Source: Caldisericia bacterium (GTDB taxonomy: Bacteria; Caldisericota; Caldisericia; JAAYUI01). From it: a stretch of DNA of 64,000 bases. Positions 42,159 through 53,072 of the stretch are shown here, piece after piece. The stretch's first letter is position 1. Every line of letters begins with the position of its first letter. The stretch is taken from NCBI GenBank assembly GCA_963674785.1, contig OY771555.1, forward strand, positions 1,792,001-1,856,000, written 5' to 3'. The translations under genes and the position numbers were made by a program. Under the pieces are notes generated by a model. The model made no database searches. It was not told the origin of the DNA and saw only the letters and a list, made by a program, of their open reading frames with translations.

Positions 42159-44303
42159 CTAAGCTTTTTCGATTGGTGCATACCTGAGATTCAGAAGCTT
42201 TATTCCTACTGAACCAAAGGCTATCTCTGCTCTGTCACCATCAACAGACACAACGATCCCTTTTCCCCAAGCTTTGTGACTGACACAATCACCCTCTTCA
42301 ACTTTGATAATTTCCTTTTTCTTCTTTTTATGTAACGTTTCAAACGCACTAATGGTTCCACTGGTTTTAATACTTCCAGCTAACCCTCTGGTTTCAATAT
42401 TACTGTTACTTTGAATCTCTTTGATAAATCTTGATGGAGTGCAAACCTTGGGTACACCGTGGATATGTCTGTTTGTTACATACGAGATATGCAAGACTTC
42501 CTTTGCTCTCGTTATACCAACATAAGCAAGGCGTCTCTCCTCTTCAATGTCCTCTTCTGATTCAAGCGACCTTTGATGGGGAAGTGTTCCTTCTTCAAGG
42601 CCACAGAGGAAAACAACAGGAAACTCTAGACCCTTCACTTGATGGATTGTTGTCATCAAGACCTTGTCAGCCTCAGAGTCGCTTTGGTCAATGTCTGCAA
42701 TCAGAGAAACTGATGCGAGGAACGCCTCAAGTCCGCGTTCATCCGAGAAGTTTTCAAATTCAGCTGAGAGATTTAAAAATTCCTCTATGTTTGCAGCTCT
42801 TGCTTCACCCTCTTCTGTTCCATCTGACCTCAACCTGTCAATAATCTCTAACCTATCAACTAGACTTTCAACAACCTTTGATGCGGATTCATTGTCAGAA
42901 ATTGATCGAAGTTCAGCAATGAGTTCAAGGAATTTTTCTGCATTAATCGTTGCTGTTTTATTCAATTGTCCTTCTTCAAGAAGTCTCGAAAGGGATTCCT
43001 CAAGAGTCACTTTAAATTCTGTTGCAATCAATTCCATCCTGGCGAGAGTTGAATAACCTATGCTTCTTTTAGGATTCATCAAAGCTCGCCTGAAAGAGAC
43101 CTTGTCTGCAGGATTCACAATAATCCTAAGGTAAGCAAGAAGGTCTTTTATTTCCTTTCTGCCATAAAACCTTATCCCACCAATCAACTGATATGGGATT
43201 CCTCTTGAGATTAACGCTTCCTCAAAAGACCTACTTTGAGCATTTGTCCTATAAATTATTGCAAAATCCGAATACTTTCGACCTGTTTCAAATCCTTTTT
43301 GAATCTCTCTTGCTACATAATATGCTTCATCAGAAGGCTCAACCCCACGGTAAAGATAAACTTTTTCACCCTCACCGGCATGGGCAACAAGCTTTTTTTC
43401 AACCCTTTTTTTGTTTCTTCTGACAAGCTGATCTGCAACCGATATGACTGAACCGGTCGACCTGTAGTTGATATCCAACATGATTTTTTCGAGCCCCGGA
43501 AAATCAGACTCGAAATCAAGCATGATTCCAGGAGTAGCACCTCTAAAAGCATAAATTGACTGATCGTCATCACCGACAATCATGATATTACCAGAGTCCG
43601 CAAGGATTTTTATAAGCATGTGTTGGGAAGGATTGATGTCTTGGTACTCATCCACAAGGAAGTACTCAAATTGGTTTTTGTACTTGTCTGCGATGTCTGT
43701 GTACATCGATAAAAGCCTGATTGTTTTTCCAATCAGATCATCAAAATCCATCGAGTTCATCTCTTCGATTGTGCTTTGATACCTTCTGTATACCGATGAG
43801 ATTGATTGTGCTCTCTGGGTTTTTGCCATCTGAGCATACTCGTCAACCCCAACAAGTGAATTCTTCGCGGAAGAAATAGCATTCCTGACAAGTCTTGGAT
43901 TTAACTGTTTTGGATTGATGCTCATGTCTTTCATAATGTTTTTGACAATATCAAGCGTATCTTCAGTATCTAAAACCGTGAATCCTGGAGAGTATCCAAG
44001 ATGTCTTGCATCTCTTCTTAAAATTCTATAACAGATTGAATGAAACGTACCAATCCAAAGTCCCTTGGCTTTTTCACCAATGAGTTCAGTTACCCTTTCC
44101 TTCATCTCTCCCGCAGCTTTATTTGTAAAAGTGCAAGCCAAAATTGCTGAAGGAGAAACCCCAAGCTCAGATATGAGCCTTGATATTCGATAAGTTACCA
44201 CACGAGTTTTTCCTGATCCGGCACATGCAAACACAGCAATCGGACCCTTGTCATGGGTAACGGCAGATTTCTGTCTGTCGTTTAGAATTCCATCATAATT
44301 CAT
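42159..44303 (-). CDS. pcrA: UvrD/PcrA ATP-dependent DNA helicase
   Basis: AGSGKT, TFTNKAA, VDEYQD, GDDDQSIY, KGLEF, EERRLAYVGITRA, Tudor C-terminus. Confidence 0.95.
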   Translation of the reverse strand: MNYDGILNDRQKSAVTHDKGPIAVFACAGSGKTRVVTYRISRLISELGVSPSAILACTFTNKAAGEMKERVTELIGEKAKGLWIGTFHSICYRILRRDARHLGYSPGFTVLDTEDTLDIVKNIMKDMSINPKQLNPRLVRNAISSAKNSLVGVDEYAQMAKTQRAQSISSVYRRYQSTIEEMNSMDFDDLIGKTIRLLSMYTDIADKYKNQFEYFLVDEYQDINPSQHMLIKILADSGNIMIVGDDDQSIYAFRGATPGIMLDFESDFPGLEKIMLDINYRSTGSVISVADQLVRRNKKRVEKKLVAHAGEGEKVYLYRGVEPSDEAYYVAREIQKGFETGRKYSDFAIIYRTNAQSRSFEEALISRGIPYQLIGGIRFYGRKEIKDLLAYLRIIVNPADKVSFRRALMNPKRSIGYSTLARMELIATEFKVTLEESLSRLLEEGQLNKTATINAEKFLELIAELRSISDNESASKVVESLVDRLEIIDRLRSDGTEEGEARAANIEEFLNLSAEFENFSDERGLEAFLASVSLIADIDQSDSEADKVLMTTIHQVKGLEFPVVFLCGLEEGTLPHQRSLESEEDIEEERRLAYVGITRAKEVLHISYVTNRHIHGVPKVCTPSRFIKEIQSNSNIETRGLAGSIKTSGTISAFETLHKKKKKEIIKVEEGDCVSHKAWGKGIVVSVDGDRAEIAFGSVGIKLLNLRYAPIEKA

Positions 44304-44304
44304 A

Positions 44305-45774
44305 TTAGATTAGGTGTTTTTTATCCTTGGTTCTTACTCTCAGCCTTAATTTCCTGATGGCTTTTGCCTCGATCTGTCTGATTCTCTCTCTTGTTACCTT
44401 GAAGATTTGACCAACCTCTTCAAGTGTGTGAGGGTATTCTGACGAAAGACCGAATCTCAACATGATAATCTGTTTTTCACGTTCAGTAAGAATGTCAAGT
44501 ATAGTGTTCATCTGCTCTCTGAAATATTTTGTAACAATTTTTTCCTCAGGAGAGATGACAGTTTCATCTGGCAAGAAATCACCGAGTCTGTTATCTTTTT
44601 CTTCACCGATAGGTGTTTCAAGAGAAAGTGGTTCAAGATTGATTTTCTGGTAATCTCTGATTTTTCTTGGTGTTGTTCCCATCTTTGCCGAAAGCTCTTT
44701 GAAAGTGGGCTCTCTTCCAAGGTCTTGATAGAGTGCTCTTCTGATTTTTGTGAGTTTGTTAATCGATTCGACCATATGAACAGGAACCCTGATAACTCTT
44801 GATTGATCAGCTAAAGCTCTTGTTATTGCCTGTCTTATCCACCAAGAGGCATAGGTTGAGAATCTGAAACCTTTTCTGTAATCAAATTTTTCAACCGCAC
44901 GAATCAAACCTATATTTCCTTCTTGAACGAGGTCAAGGAAAGAAAGTGAGTTTCCCGTATATTTTTTTGCAATTGATACAACAAGTCTAAGATTAGACTC
45001 GATGAGTTTTTGTTTTGCTTCTTGACAACCTTTTTCAACTCTCTTTGAAAGGTTTATCTCACCATGGATTGTAAGAAGATTAATCTTTCCAATCTCTTTC
45101 AGATACATTCTGATTGGATCAGAAACCTCGGCACTAGTTGAAACCCTCATCTTCTTAGTCTTTGTCGTCGATTCAGTCTTGATTACACCCTTTTTGTCTA
45201 CATCACCAAATGATATTCCAGCCTCAGAAAACATCGAATATATTTCATCAATTTGGTCAGGGGACAGATCCATTCGACCCATCAAATCCATTATCTCTCG
45301 ATACGAGACAACCTTTGAAGATTCATGTTTTTTTATGAGCGTAACCAATTCAGGAACCTGCAGAAGGTCGGCCCTGATTGCATTTTGTCGAGGGGTTTTT
45401 CCAGTCATATCTTTGCCGATAATTGTTCTTAATAATTCATCAGCATCAATTTCAGGGGCGTTAGGCTCCTCGGAAACCTCATCTTCAGTTTTTTTGGTAA
45501 CTTTTTTTGGTTTGGATGATTTTGCAGCAGATGTATCTTTTTTCGCTTTTGTGGTCTTCTTTTTTGTGGACGATTTGGAATCCGACTCTTTAGTAGAAGA
45601 TGACGTCTTCGTCGATTTCGAGCTCTTCTTCGGCTCTTGTTTCACCGAATTGGTTTTTCCTGAAGTCTTTGTCGAAGTCTTCTTTGCGGTCTTTTTCTTC
45701 TCCGCTTTCTCTTCGGAAGCTTCTTCTTTCTTCACTTTTTTCGGTTTTGTCTTTTTTTCTGTTTTTTCTGCCAC
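44305..45774 (-). CDS. rpoD: Primary sigma factor with Lys-rich N-terminal extension
   Basis: [46 protein letters not shown]; GTG start with AGAGGG SD. Confidence 0.95.
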   Translation of the reverse strand: MAEKTEKKTKPKKVKKEEASEEKAEKKKTAKKTSTKTSGKTNSVKQEPKKSSKSTKTSSSTKESDSKSSTKKKTTKAKKDTSAAKSSKPKKVTKKTEDEVSEEPNAPEIDADELLRTIIGKDMTGKTPRQNAIRADLLQVPELVTLIKKHESSKVVSYREIMDLMGRMDLSPDQIDEIYSMFSEAGISFGDVDKKGVIKTESTTKTKKMRVSTSAEVSDPIRMYLKEIGKINLLTIHGEINLSKRVEKGCQEAKQKLIESNLRLVVSIAKKYTGNSLSFLDLVQEGNIGLIRAVEKFDYRKGFRFSTYASWWIRQAITRALADQSRVIRVPVHMVESINKLTKIRRALYQDLGREPTFKELSAKMGTTPRKIRDYQKINLEPLSLETPIGEEKDNRLGDFLPDETVISPEEKIVTKYFREQMNTILDILTEREKQIIMLRFGLSSEYPHTLEEVGQIFKVTRERIRQIEAKAIRKLRLRVRTKDKKHLI

Positions 45775-47437
45775 GTATTTCCCTCTGTAACCTTTGATAC
45801 AACTCGAACTCCTCCGAGGTTAAGCCTTGATTATCATATTTTTTTCTTAATATTTCAAGGCTATAACGAGTTATATCGTTGAGAACCTGAGAAACGAATA
45901 ATTTTTCATCCTCATTGATAGACTCATCTACCATCATACCAGCAATTACAGAAGAAAGTTCATCATCAAAAACTCCCCCATTAAGGCTTTTCTGAAGCTC
46001 CGAAACCTTACCATCGACTTTTTTTATTAACTCAAAAATCTCTCTGAATATACCTGATCTGAAGTAATCCGATGTTGCAACATCCAGAACCTGCTTGGAA
46101 ACATCTTGGTCTTTACACATCACGGAAACGATTCGTCGCTCATAAGAAGTCCGTGCATCGCTCGTTTTCAGGTTCACCTTTGGTTTCCTTTTGATAAACG
46201 AGCTTATCGCAGCTTTCGGAACATTTATAGTTTTTGCAAGTTTTTCAAGGTATTCTTCTCTGATTATTGGATCAGGAGTTGCACTTACAACCTCCCATGA
46301 TTGCTTGGCTATTCTTGATTTTGCAGATGCAAGATTTGGGTCAGTCTCAAGTTCAGAAAAATACTTGATAACAAAATCAACTGATTCCAAAGAGTTTTTG
46401 ATGACATCTTCAACGGCTTCTTTTCCACCCTTTGCTAAATCATCTGGGTCTTTACCTGTTGGATTCTGGATAACAAAACAATCAAGTCCCTGGGTTAGGC
46501 AAGCTTTTATCGCACCAATTGTTGCGTTTTTCCCTGCTGAATCGGAATCAAAAAACAGATACACATTATGAGTAAATCTTCTAATAATCTTTGCATGAAG
46601 ATCAGTAAATGCTGTTCCGAGTGTGGAGACTGTTTCTGAGAATCCAACCTTGTGCATCGAGATAACATCCATATATCCTTCAGAAACAATCACTCTTTTT
46701 TTGAGCTGAATCTCTCTTTTGGCGATGTTTATCCCAAATAGAGTTTTTGATTTATCAAAGATTGGGGTAGCTGGAGAATTCAGATATTTTGGGTTCTCAT
46801 CACCCATTGTTCTTCCACCAAAAGCAACAACTCGACCACGCATATCAAGAATTGGGAAGATTACACGATCTCTCATGTAGCCATAAAAAGAACCATCTTT
46901 TGATCTACCTAAAACTCCCAGTTTTTCAGCAAGCTCAAAACTGTAATCTACATCTTTTAAAAATTTCGGAAGATAACTTCCACTTGCTGGAGAATATCCA
47001 AGTCTGAACCTGTTTGATAATCCTTCATCAATTCCCCGGGATTTCAGGTATTCTTTTGCTCGATTATTCACTTGGAGTTGTGAGGAAAAATATTCAGAAA
47101 CTCTCGACATCAGTTCATACTCATCAACCGATGATTTGGGTTTCTTAACAAAATCGACTTCAATTCCTACCTCATCAGCAAGAGTCTTTAAAGCCTCCAT
47201 ATATGAGAGACCCTCAATCTTACTTAAAAAGTGAACAACGTTGCCACCAGCTTTACACCCAAAACAATAGAAAAAACCTTTATCGGGGGAAACAGTAAAA
47301 CTTGGAGTTTTTTCGGGATGAAATGGACAAAGGCCGACATGATTCCTGCCGGCCTTTCGAAGTTTGACATATCGACCTACAACGGTCGCTATGTCAAGTC
47401 TACTCTCAATCTCTTCAACAATTCGATCGAGATCCAT
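45590..47437 (-). CDS. dnaG: DNA primase
   Basis: CPFH..CFGC zinc finger, PKYLNSP, EGYMDV TOPRIM, DSDSAG, KDPDD. Confidence 0.96.
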   Translation of the reverse strand: MDLDRIVEEIESRLDIATVVGRYVKLRKAGRNHVGLCPFHPEKTPSFTVSPDKGFFYCFGCKAGGNVVHFLSKIEGLSYMEALKTLADEVGIEVDFVKKPKSSVDEYELMSRVSEYFSSQLQVNNRAKEYLKSRGIDEGLSNRFRLGYSPASGSYLPKFLKDVDYSFELAEKLGVLGRSKDGSFYGYMRDRVIFPILDMRGRVVAFGGRTMGDENPKYLNSPATPIFDKSKTLFGINIAKREIQLKKRVIVSEGYMDVISMHKVGFSETVSTLGTAFTDLHAKIIRRFTHNVYLFFDSDSAGKNATIGAIKACLTQGLDCFVIQNPTGKDPDDLAKGGKEAVEDVIKNSLESVDFVIKYFSELETDPNLASAKSRIAKQSWEVVSATPDPIIREEYLEKLAKTINVPKAAISSFIKRKPKVNLKTSDARTSYERRIVSVMCKDQDVSKQVLDVATSDYFRSGIFREIFELIKKVDGKVSELQKSLNGGVFDDELSSVIAGMMVDESINEDEKLFVSQVLNDITRYSLEILRKKYDNQGLTSEEFELYQRLQREIRGRKNRKKDKTEKSEERRSFRRESGEEKDRKEDFDKDFRKNQFGETRAEEELEIDEDVIFY

Positions 47438-47452
47438 TAATAACTTCTAATC

Positions 47453-50086
47453 CTACTTTTCTCTAATTACTGCTTGTGCCGCTGCAAGTCTTGCAATTGG
47501 AACTCTGTATGGTGAACATGAAACATAGTTGAGTCCGATTCTATGACAGAATTCAACACTGCTTGGCTCTCCACCATGCTCGCCACAAATACCACATTTA
47601 AGGTCCTTCTTTGTTGAACGACCCTTATTAACTGCAATCTCAACGAGCTGTCCGATTCCTTCCTGGTCAAGAACCTGGAAAGGATCATATTCGAAGATTC
47701 CTTTTTCTACATACTCTGGGATAAATTTTCCAACGTCGTCACGGCTAAATCCAAATCCCATCTGTGTAAGGTCGTTTGTGCCAAAACTAAAGAATTCTGC
47801 TTCTTCAGCGACCTTATCGGCTGTGAGTGCTGCTCGTGGAATTTCGATCATTGTTCCAACAAGGAAATCGATCTTCGCGCCCTTTTCTGCAAATACCTTT
47901 TCAGCAGTTTCAAGTACAACTTTTTTCTGGTTGGCAAGCTCTGCTTTTGAACCGATAAGCGGAATCATAATCTCTGGGAATACATCAATTCCTTTTGCTC
48001 TGAGTTCACAACCTGCTTCAAGAATTGCTCTTGCCTGCATCTCTGTGATCTCTGGGTATGTGATTCCAAGTCTGCAACCACGATGCCCAAGCATTGGGTT
48101 AACCTCTGCAAGCGCGGCAATCTTTTCTTTGAGTTTATCTTTCGAGACTCCCATCTCTTTTGCAAGTTCATCAATATCTTCTTCTTCTTTTGGAAGGAAC
48201 TCGTGAAGCGGTGGATCAAGAGTTCTGATTGTTACAGGATGACCTTTCATTGCTTCAAGGATTCCAAGGAAATCTGCTTTCTGCATTGGTAAAAGCTCAG
48301 CGAGAGCTTCTCTTCTACCAGCTTCATCGTCAGCAAGAATCATTTTTCTAACAGAAAAGATTCTCTCTGGAGCAAAGAACATGTGTTCTGTTCTGCAAAG
48401 ACCGATACCTTTTGCACCAAAATCAAGTGCGACTTTTGCATCATGTGGGGAATCAGCGTTTGTTCTGACACCAAGTCTCTTTACTTCGTCTGCCCATGAC
48501 ATGAAGGTTGTAAAGTTGTCGGAAAGTTCTGGATCTGATGTTTCAAGTTTTGTTAAATAAACCTCTCCTGTTGAGCCATCAAGTGAAACCCAATCACCTT
48601 CGGAGATTTTTTTACCAGCGACTTCAAAATATTTACCCTCTTCATTGACTTTGATTTCGCCGCAACCAACGACACAACACTTACCCATTCCACGACCAAC
48701 AACTGCAGCATGACTTGTCATTCCACCAGTTGATGTTAAAACGCCATTTGCCTTTGCCATTCCCATGACATCTTCAGGGGATGTTTCAACTCTAACAAGG
48801 ATGACCTGCTTACCATCATTTGCCCAGGCTTCTGCATCTTCTGCGGTAAAAACAACCTGTCCAACAGCAGCACCAGGTGATGCTGGAAGACCTTTTGCAG
48901 ATGATGTTGCATTTTTCTTTGCATCAGCAGAAAGTGTTGGATGAAGTAGCTGATCAAGAGCGTTTGGATTTATTCTCATGAGGGCGGTCTTTTTGTCGAT
49001 AACTCCCTCTTTTACGAGCTCAACTGCTATTCTTACTGCAGCCTCTGCAGTTCTTTTACCAGTTCTTGTCTGAAGCAGGTACAGTTTTCCGTCTTCGATG
49101 GTAAACTCAATGTCCTGCATATCTTTGTAGTGTGATTCAAGATTATCAAAAGCATCTGTGAGTTCTTTGTAAACAACTGGCATCTCTTCTTCGAGTTTTG
49201 CAATTGGTGATGGAGTCCTGATACCTGCAACGACATCTTCTCCCTGTGCATTTACAAGATACTCGCCGAAATATACATTTTCACCAGTGTTAGGATCTCT
49301 TGTGAAGGCAACACCTGTTCCTGATGTATTTCCGGTATTTCCAAAAACCATTGTCTGGATGTTTACTGCTGTTCCTCTGAGACCCTTGATGTCATTAATC
49401 TTTCTGTAGTCAATCGCACGAGGATTGTTCCATGAAGAAAGCACTGCTTCAATTGCGAGGTAGAGCTGCTCTCTTGGATCTTGTGGGAATTCCTTGCCGG
49501 TGGCTTCTTTTACAACATTTTTATATCCATCAATTACTTCTTTAAGCTTATCAGCAGTTAAGTCCTGATCGGTCTTTGCGCCTGCTGCTGATTTAACTGA
49601 AGTAAGAACATGTTCAAACTTTTCTGAGTTAATACCCAAAACAACATTACCAAACATCTGGATAAGTCTTCTGTAGCAGTCAAATGCGAATCTTTCGTCG
49701 CCTGTCTTTTTTGCAAATCCATCTGCTGTTACATCGTTAAGACCAAGATTTAAGATTGTGTCCATCATACCTGGCATTGATACAGCTGCACCAGAACGAA
49801 CTGACACGAGAAGCGGATTACTGTTAGAACCAAACTCTTTGCCTGTTTGCTTTTCAACTCCGGAAATATGAGCTAAAACATCTTTTTTAAAATCTTCCGG
49901 AAGCGTTTTGTTCCATTCGTTGTAATATGGCTCGCAAACCAATGTTGCAATCGTAAAACCAGGAGGAACAGGAAGTCCGATTCTTGTCATATTTGACAAC
50001 CCAAGACCTTTTCCGCCGAGGATTTCTCTTGCAGATTTCGCAGGCACTTCCTTTGCTGCTTCAAAATCGTAAATAAGTTTCTCCAT
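47453..50086 (-). CDS. ppdK: Pyruvate, phosphate dikinase
   Basis: LGGKG, SVRSGA..SMPGMM, GGMTSHAAV phospho-His, SFGTNDL, CGEHGG. Confidence 0.98.
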   Translation of the reverse strand: MEKLIYDFEAAKEVPAKSAREILGGKGLGLSNMTRIGLPVPPGFTIATLVCEPYYNEWNKTLPEDFKKDVLAHISGVEKQTGKEFGSNSNPLLVSVRSGAAVSMPGMMDTILNLGLNDVTADGFAKKTGDERFAFDCYRRLIQMFGNVVLGINSEKFEHVLTSVKSAAGAKTDQDLTADKLKEVIDGYKNVVKEATGKEFPQDPREQLYLAIEAVLSSWNNPRAIDYRKINDIKGLRGTAVNIQTMVFGNTGNTSGTGVAFTRDPNTGENVYFGEYLVNAQGEDVVAGIRTPSPIAKLEEEMPVVYKELTDAFDNLESHYKDMQDIEFTIEDGKLYLLQTRTGKRTAEAAVRIAVELVKEGVIDKKTALMRINPNALDQLLHPTLSADAKKNATSSAKGLPASPGAAVGQVVFTAEDAEAWANDGKQVILVRVETSPEDVMGMAKANGVLTSTGGMTSHAAVVGRGMGKCCVVGCGEIKVNEEGKYFEVAGKKISEGDWVSLDGSTGEVYLTKLETSDPELSDNFTTFMSWADEVKRLGVRTNADSPHDAKVALDFGAKGIGLCRTEHMFFAPERIFSVRKMILADDEAGRREALAELLPMQKADFLGILEAMKGHPVTIRTLDPPLHEFLPKEEEDIDELAKEMGVSKDKLKEKIAALAEVNPMLGHRGCRLGITYPEITEMQARAILEAGCELRAKGIDVFPEIMIPLIGSKAELANQKKVVLETAEKVFAEKGAKIDFLVGTMIEIPRAALTADKVAEEAEFFSFGTNDLTQMGFGFSRDDVGKFIPEYVEKGIFEYDPFQVLDQEGIGQLVEIAVNKGRSTKKDLKCGICGEHGGEPSSVEFCHRIGLNYVSCSPYRVPIARLAAAQAVIREK

Positions 50087-50170
50087 TTTTTTCTCCGTTT
50101 TGTTTGATACTGTTACTAATAACTGGTTTTAGCAAAACTGCAACAAAAGTGCTTATCTATTCAATTTTCC

Positions 50171-50200
50171 TTGACAAAATGAAGTAACAACTGCTAGAAT
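50171..50200 (+). promoter_or_regulatory. Sigma70 promoter of rpmH operon
   Basis: TTGACA-18 nt-TAGAAT with extended -10 TG. Confidence 0.6.
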
Positions 50201-50230
50201 AGCTTCAATTGTTTTTTGGAGGATATACCC

Positions 50231-50377
50231 ATGCGAACTATGTTGAATCCGCACAATAGGAAAAAGTACAGAACATCTGGTTTCAGAGCCAGAATGAAAA
50301 CAAAGAGTGGCAGAGACGTTCTCTCACGCAGAAGAAGAAAAGGTAGAAAACGTCTATCAATCAGCGAATATAAATAG
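50231..50377 (+). CDS. rpmH: 50S ribosomal protein bL34 (below ORF-track cutoff)
   Basis: [48 protein letters not shown]; GGAGG SD; upstream of rnpA. Confidence 0.95.
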   Translation: MRTMLNPHNRKKYRTSGFRARMKTKSGRDVLSRRRRKGRKRLSISEYK

Positions 50378-50412
50378 AATTTCGTGAACATCATGACTGA
50401 GAACTGAAATGA

Positions 50413-50733
50413 ATGAAGCTTCCACCGAGATTATCAAAACAGGAAGTGGAGCAAGTATTTCAGCGAGGCAAATCGAAAGCGTTTTCGCACATTCGATTTG
50501 TTTGGACAGGGGAGAACTCAAACTTAAAGGTCTCTTACTTGTCCCCTACAAAATTGGGGAATGCAGTAGTAAGAAATCACGTTCGAAGAATAATGCGAGA
50601 ATCTTTTTTCCCTCTAAGTCCGCAGATTCCAGCAGATGTTCACTTGGTTATTCTTGCAAGAAAATCAATTTCGACTTCATGTGTCGAAGAGTTGATGCAA
50701 ATTTTAAAGGTACTGGTTGAAAAATGCTTCTAA
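50413..50733 (+). CDS. rnpA: Ribonuclease P protein component
   Basis: [20 protein letters not shown]-like motif; canonical gene context. Confidence 0.9.
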   Translation: MKLPPRLSKQEVEQVFQRGKSKAFSHIRFVWTGENSNLKVSYLSPTKLGNAVVRNHVRRIMRESFFPLSPQIPADVHLVILARKSISTSCVEELMQILKVLVEKCF

Positions 50734-50948
50734 CAAAGATTTTCACATATCCGCTTCTTGGTTTGATATGGATATACCGAAAACTTATTTCACCAATTTT
50801 TCCAAGTAGCTGCATCTACAACCCTACATGCTCACAATATGCTTTTGAGGCAATATCAAAACATGGTCTCAAAGGGATATGGATGAGCATTAAAAGAATT
50901 GCTAGATGTAGACCAGGGATGCCTGGGGGTTTCGATCCCGTACCTTAA
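50724..50948 (+). CDS. yidD: Membrane protein insertion efficiency factor
   Basis: [24 protein letters not shown]. Confidence 0.93.
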   Translation: MLLTKIFTYPLLGLIWIYRKLISPIFPSSCIYNPTCSQYAFEAISKHGLKGIWMSIKRIARCRPGMPGGFDPVP

Positions 50949-51001
50949 AACTACCAGTTTGCTGATGGATAGATAAATATCCTTAGACCCCTTAAGGAGG
51001 G

Positions 51002-52558
51002 ATGCTTACGATGCGTTTAAAGAAGATTTTAAACATCGCCATTGTTGCGATGGTTTTTTTTGGTTTGGCACTTTCGTTCACACCAGTTTTTGCCGGTTAC
51101 AATATCTCCATTGAAGCCGAAGGGATAGCACTGCAGGGTGCAAGAGATTCAATCTATGAGGTTAAAATTAAGAATCTTGGTAGTGAAAAAATTGACTCTG
51201 CCGAGGTATTCATAACTGAGATCGCTGGAAGACCCGTTACATCAGATGGTGATTACAAAGTTGCAAACAACCCACAGACAGTTACTTTCCTTGGAGAAAA
51301 GGGTGACCGATTAATCTTCCCAATCAGTATAAAAAAAGATGTCGAACCTGGTATCAAAGATGTCAAAATCAAAGTTATCATCGGCGAAGAGTCAATCGAA
51401 AAAACAGGAACTCTTCGGGTTGAAAAAAACTCGTCCTCCGCAATTATCACTGAAGACAACCCAATAAACGTTTCTTTAGCGAGAAAAGGAACACCCAACG
51501 AAAGCATGCTGCTCAATGTTATCATTGAGAACCCAAAATCAAACGTGTACGACATTAGCAATGTATCAGTTGAGTTGGTTGGTATTGCAACGAATCCAGA
51601 TTATACAGATGTTAGAGAAATCCCAACACACACCGGTGAAGAGTTTAAAGAGTATGACTTCTTCTCACATCCATCAAATCTTCCAAACACAACGAAACTT
51701 GAAGGGAAAGTTATTTCACCTGGAAAAAGCAACAAAGACATCGAGATCGTTGTTGCGGCTTCAGACGAACTTGCACTTGGAACATACTATCCCGTTTTCA
51801 ATGTTACATTCCAGACACCAGAAGGTCTCAACACAATTGAGGTCAAAGACCCAGCAACAATCAACATCGAAATAGTAAAAGTTCCGTGGTACAAGGCACC
51901 ATTCAGATGGTTCCTTGATATGCTAAAAAACACGGTTGGATTCGGAAGTTACGGAATTGCCATTATTATTCTTGGTATCCTACTTAAGGTTGTTCTCGTC
52001 CCACTTACAAACGTCCAATTTAAGAGCATGAAACAAAATGCCGAGGTTCAGCCACTAATCAAAAAGATCAACGAAAAGTATCCTGGCAAGGAAAACGCCC
52101 AAAAAAGGCAAGAAGAAACTATGAAGATTTACAAAGAACACAATGTAAATCTTTTTGCCGGCTGTCTTCCTCTTCTTGTGCAGATGCCAATCATCATTGC
52201 TCTCTATACAGCAATCAGCAACTATGCACCATTTAGCTTCTCAAGTTTCCTCTGGATACCATCACTTGGTGCGCCAGATCCAATTTGGATAATGGCAATT
52301 CTCATGGGACTCTCAACATGGTTCCAGCAGAGAGTTTCTCAGATGCCAGGACAGGAGTCCAATATGGCAATGCAGGTTATTTTCCCACTTTTCTTGTTCT
52401 ATATTGCTCTAGGATTCCCAACAGCACTTACACTTTACTGGGTAACATTCTCTGTCGTTTCAATTGCTCATCAGATGGTCTTCAACAAAAAATCATTTGG
52501 TTCGTATATCCTCAAGGTAACGAAACCAACACCAGCAGTTGTTGACAGTAAAAAATAG
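51002..52558 (+). CDS. yidC: Membrane protein insertase YidC with large N-terminal extracytoplasmic region
   Basis: YGIAII, GCLPLLVQMPII, FLWIPSL..PDP, LYWV; canonical context. Confidence 0.92.
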   Translation: MLTMRLKKILNIAIVAMVFFGLALSFTPVFAGYNISIEAEGIALQGARDSIYEVKIKNLGSEKIDSAEVFITEIAGRPVTSDGDYKVANNPQTVTFLGEKGDRLIFPISIKKDVEPGIKDVKIKVIIGEESIEKTGTLRVEKNSSSAIITEDNPINVSLARKGTPNESMLLNVIIENPKSNVYDISNVSVELVGIATNPDYTDVREIPTHTGEEFKEYDFFSHPSNLPNTTKLEGKVISPGKSNKDIEIVVAASDELALGTYYPVFNVTFQTPEGLNTIEVKDPATINIEIVKVPWYKAPFRWFLDMLKNTVGFGSYGIAIIILGILLKVVLVPLTNVQFKSMKQNAEVQPLIKKINEKYPGKENAQKRQEETMKIYKEHNVNLFAGCLPLLVQMPIIIALYTAISNYAPFSFSSFLWIPSLGAPDPIWIMAILMGLSTWFQQRVSQMPGQESNMAMQVIFPLFLFYIALGFPTALTLYWVTFSVVSIAHQMVFNKKSFGSYILKVTKPTPAVVDSKK

Positions 52559-52573
52559 AGGTTACCAAAGGAA

Positions 52574-53059
52574 ATGATCAATAATCGAAATCAAATGAAA
52601 CAACAAGAAGCAAAAGTTAGAGATTTTCTCTACGAGATGCTTCCAAAACTTTTTGGCTACATGGATGAAGAGATTGGAGTCAAAATCCATAGAGATTACG
52701 ACACTCTTTTCTGTTCTCTTGAGATGGAAAACTCAGCAATTTTCATTGGCAAATCCGGAGAATGTTTGGCCGCAATTCAGTATCTCGTGAACATGATTTT
52801 ACAAGAAAATGATTTCAACCTTGTAAGGATTACAATTGATATCGGCGGATACAAACGCAGACAGATCGAGATTCTGAGAAACATTGCCCAAAATGCAGCG
52901 ATCAAGGTTAAGAGATACAATAGACCTGTTGAACTTCAGCCGATGTCTGCTTTTGCAAGAAGAATCATACACACCGCGCTTAAGGACAATCCAGCTGTTG
53001 TCACTCATTCTATCGATGACGAACCAAGAAGAAGAGTCATTGTAGATATCAGAAAGTAG
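52574..53059 (+). CDS. jag: Jag/EloR (KH-R3H) RNA-binding protein lacking the Jag-N domain
   Basis: IGKSGECLAAIQYL KH; PMSAFARRIIH R3H; EPRRRV. Confidence 0.88.
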   Translation: MINNRNQMKQQEAKVRDFLYEMLPKLFGYMDEEIGVKIHRDYDTLFCSLEMENSAIFIGKSGECLAAIQYLVNMILQENDFNLVRITIDIGGYKRRQIEILRNIAQNAAIKVKRYNRPVELQPMSAFARRIIHTALKDNPAVVTHSIDDEPRRRVIVDIRK

Positions 53060-53072
53060 TTAATTTGGATTT

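Noticed and set aside
45179-45790. 203-aa plus-strand ORF and similar long antisense ORFs (e.g. 28195-28935, 63075-63746)
   Set aside because: Shadow frames of well-supported genes, with F/S-rich composition and no motifs
50087-50230. oriC next to rpmH
   Set aside because: No TTATCCACA cluster and no dnaA; the one perfect box I noticed (40515-40523) is isolated inside a CDS
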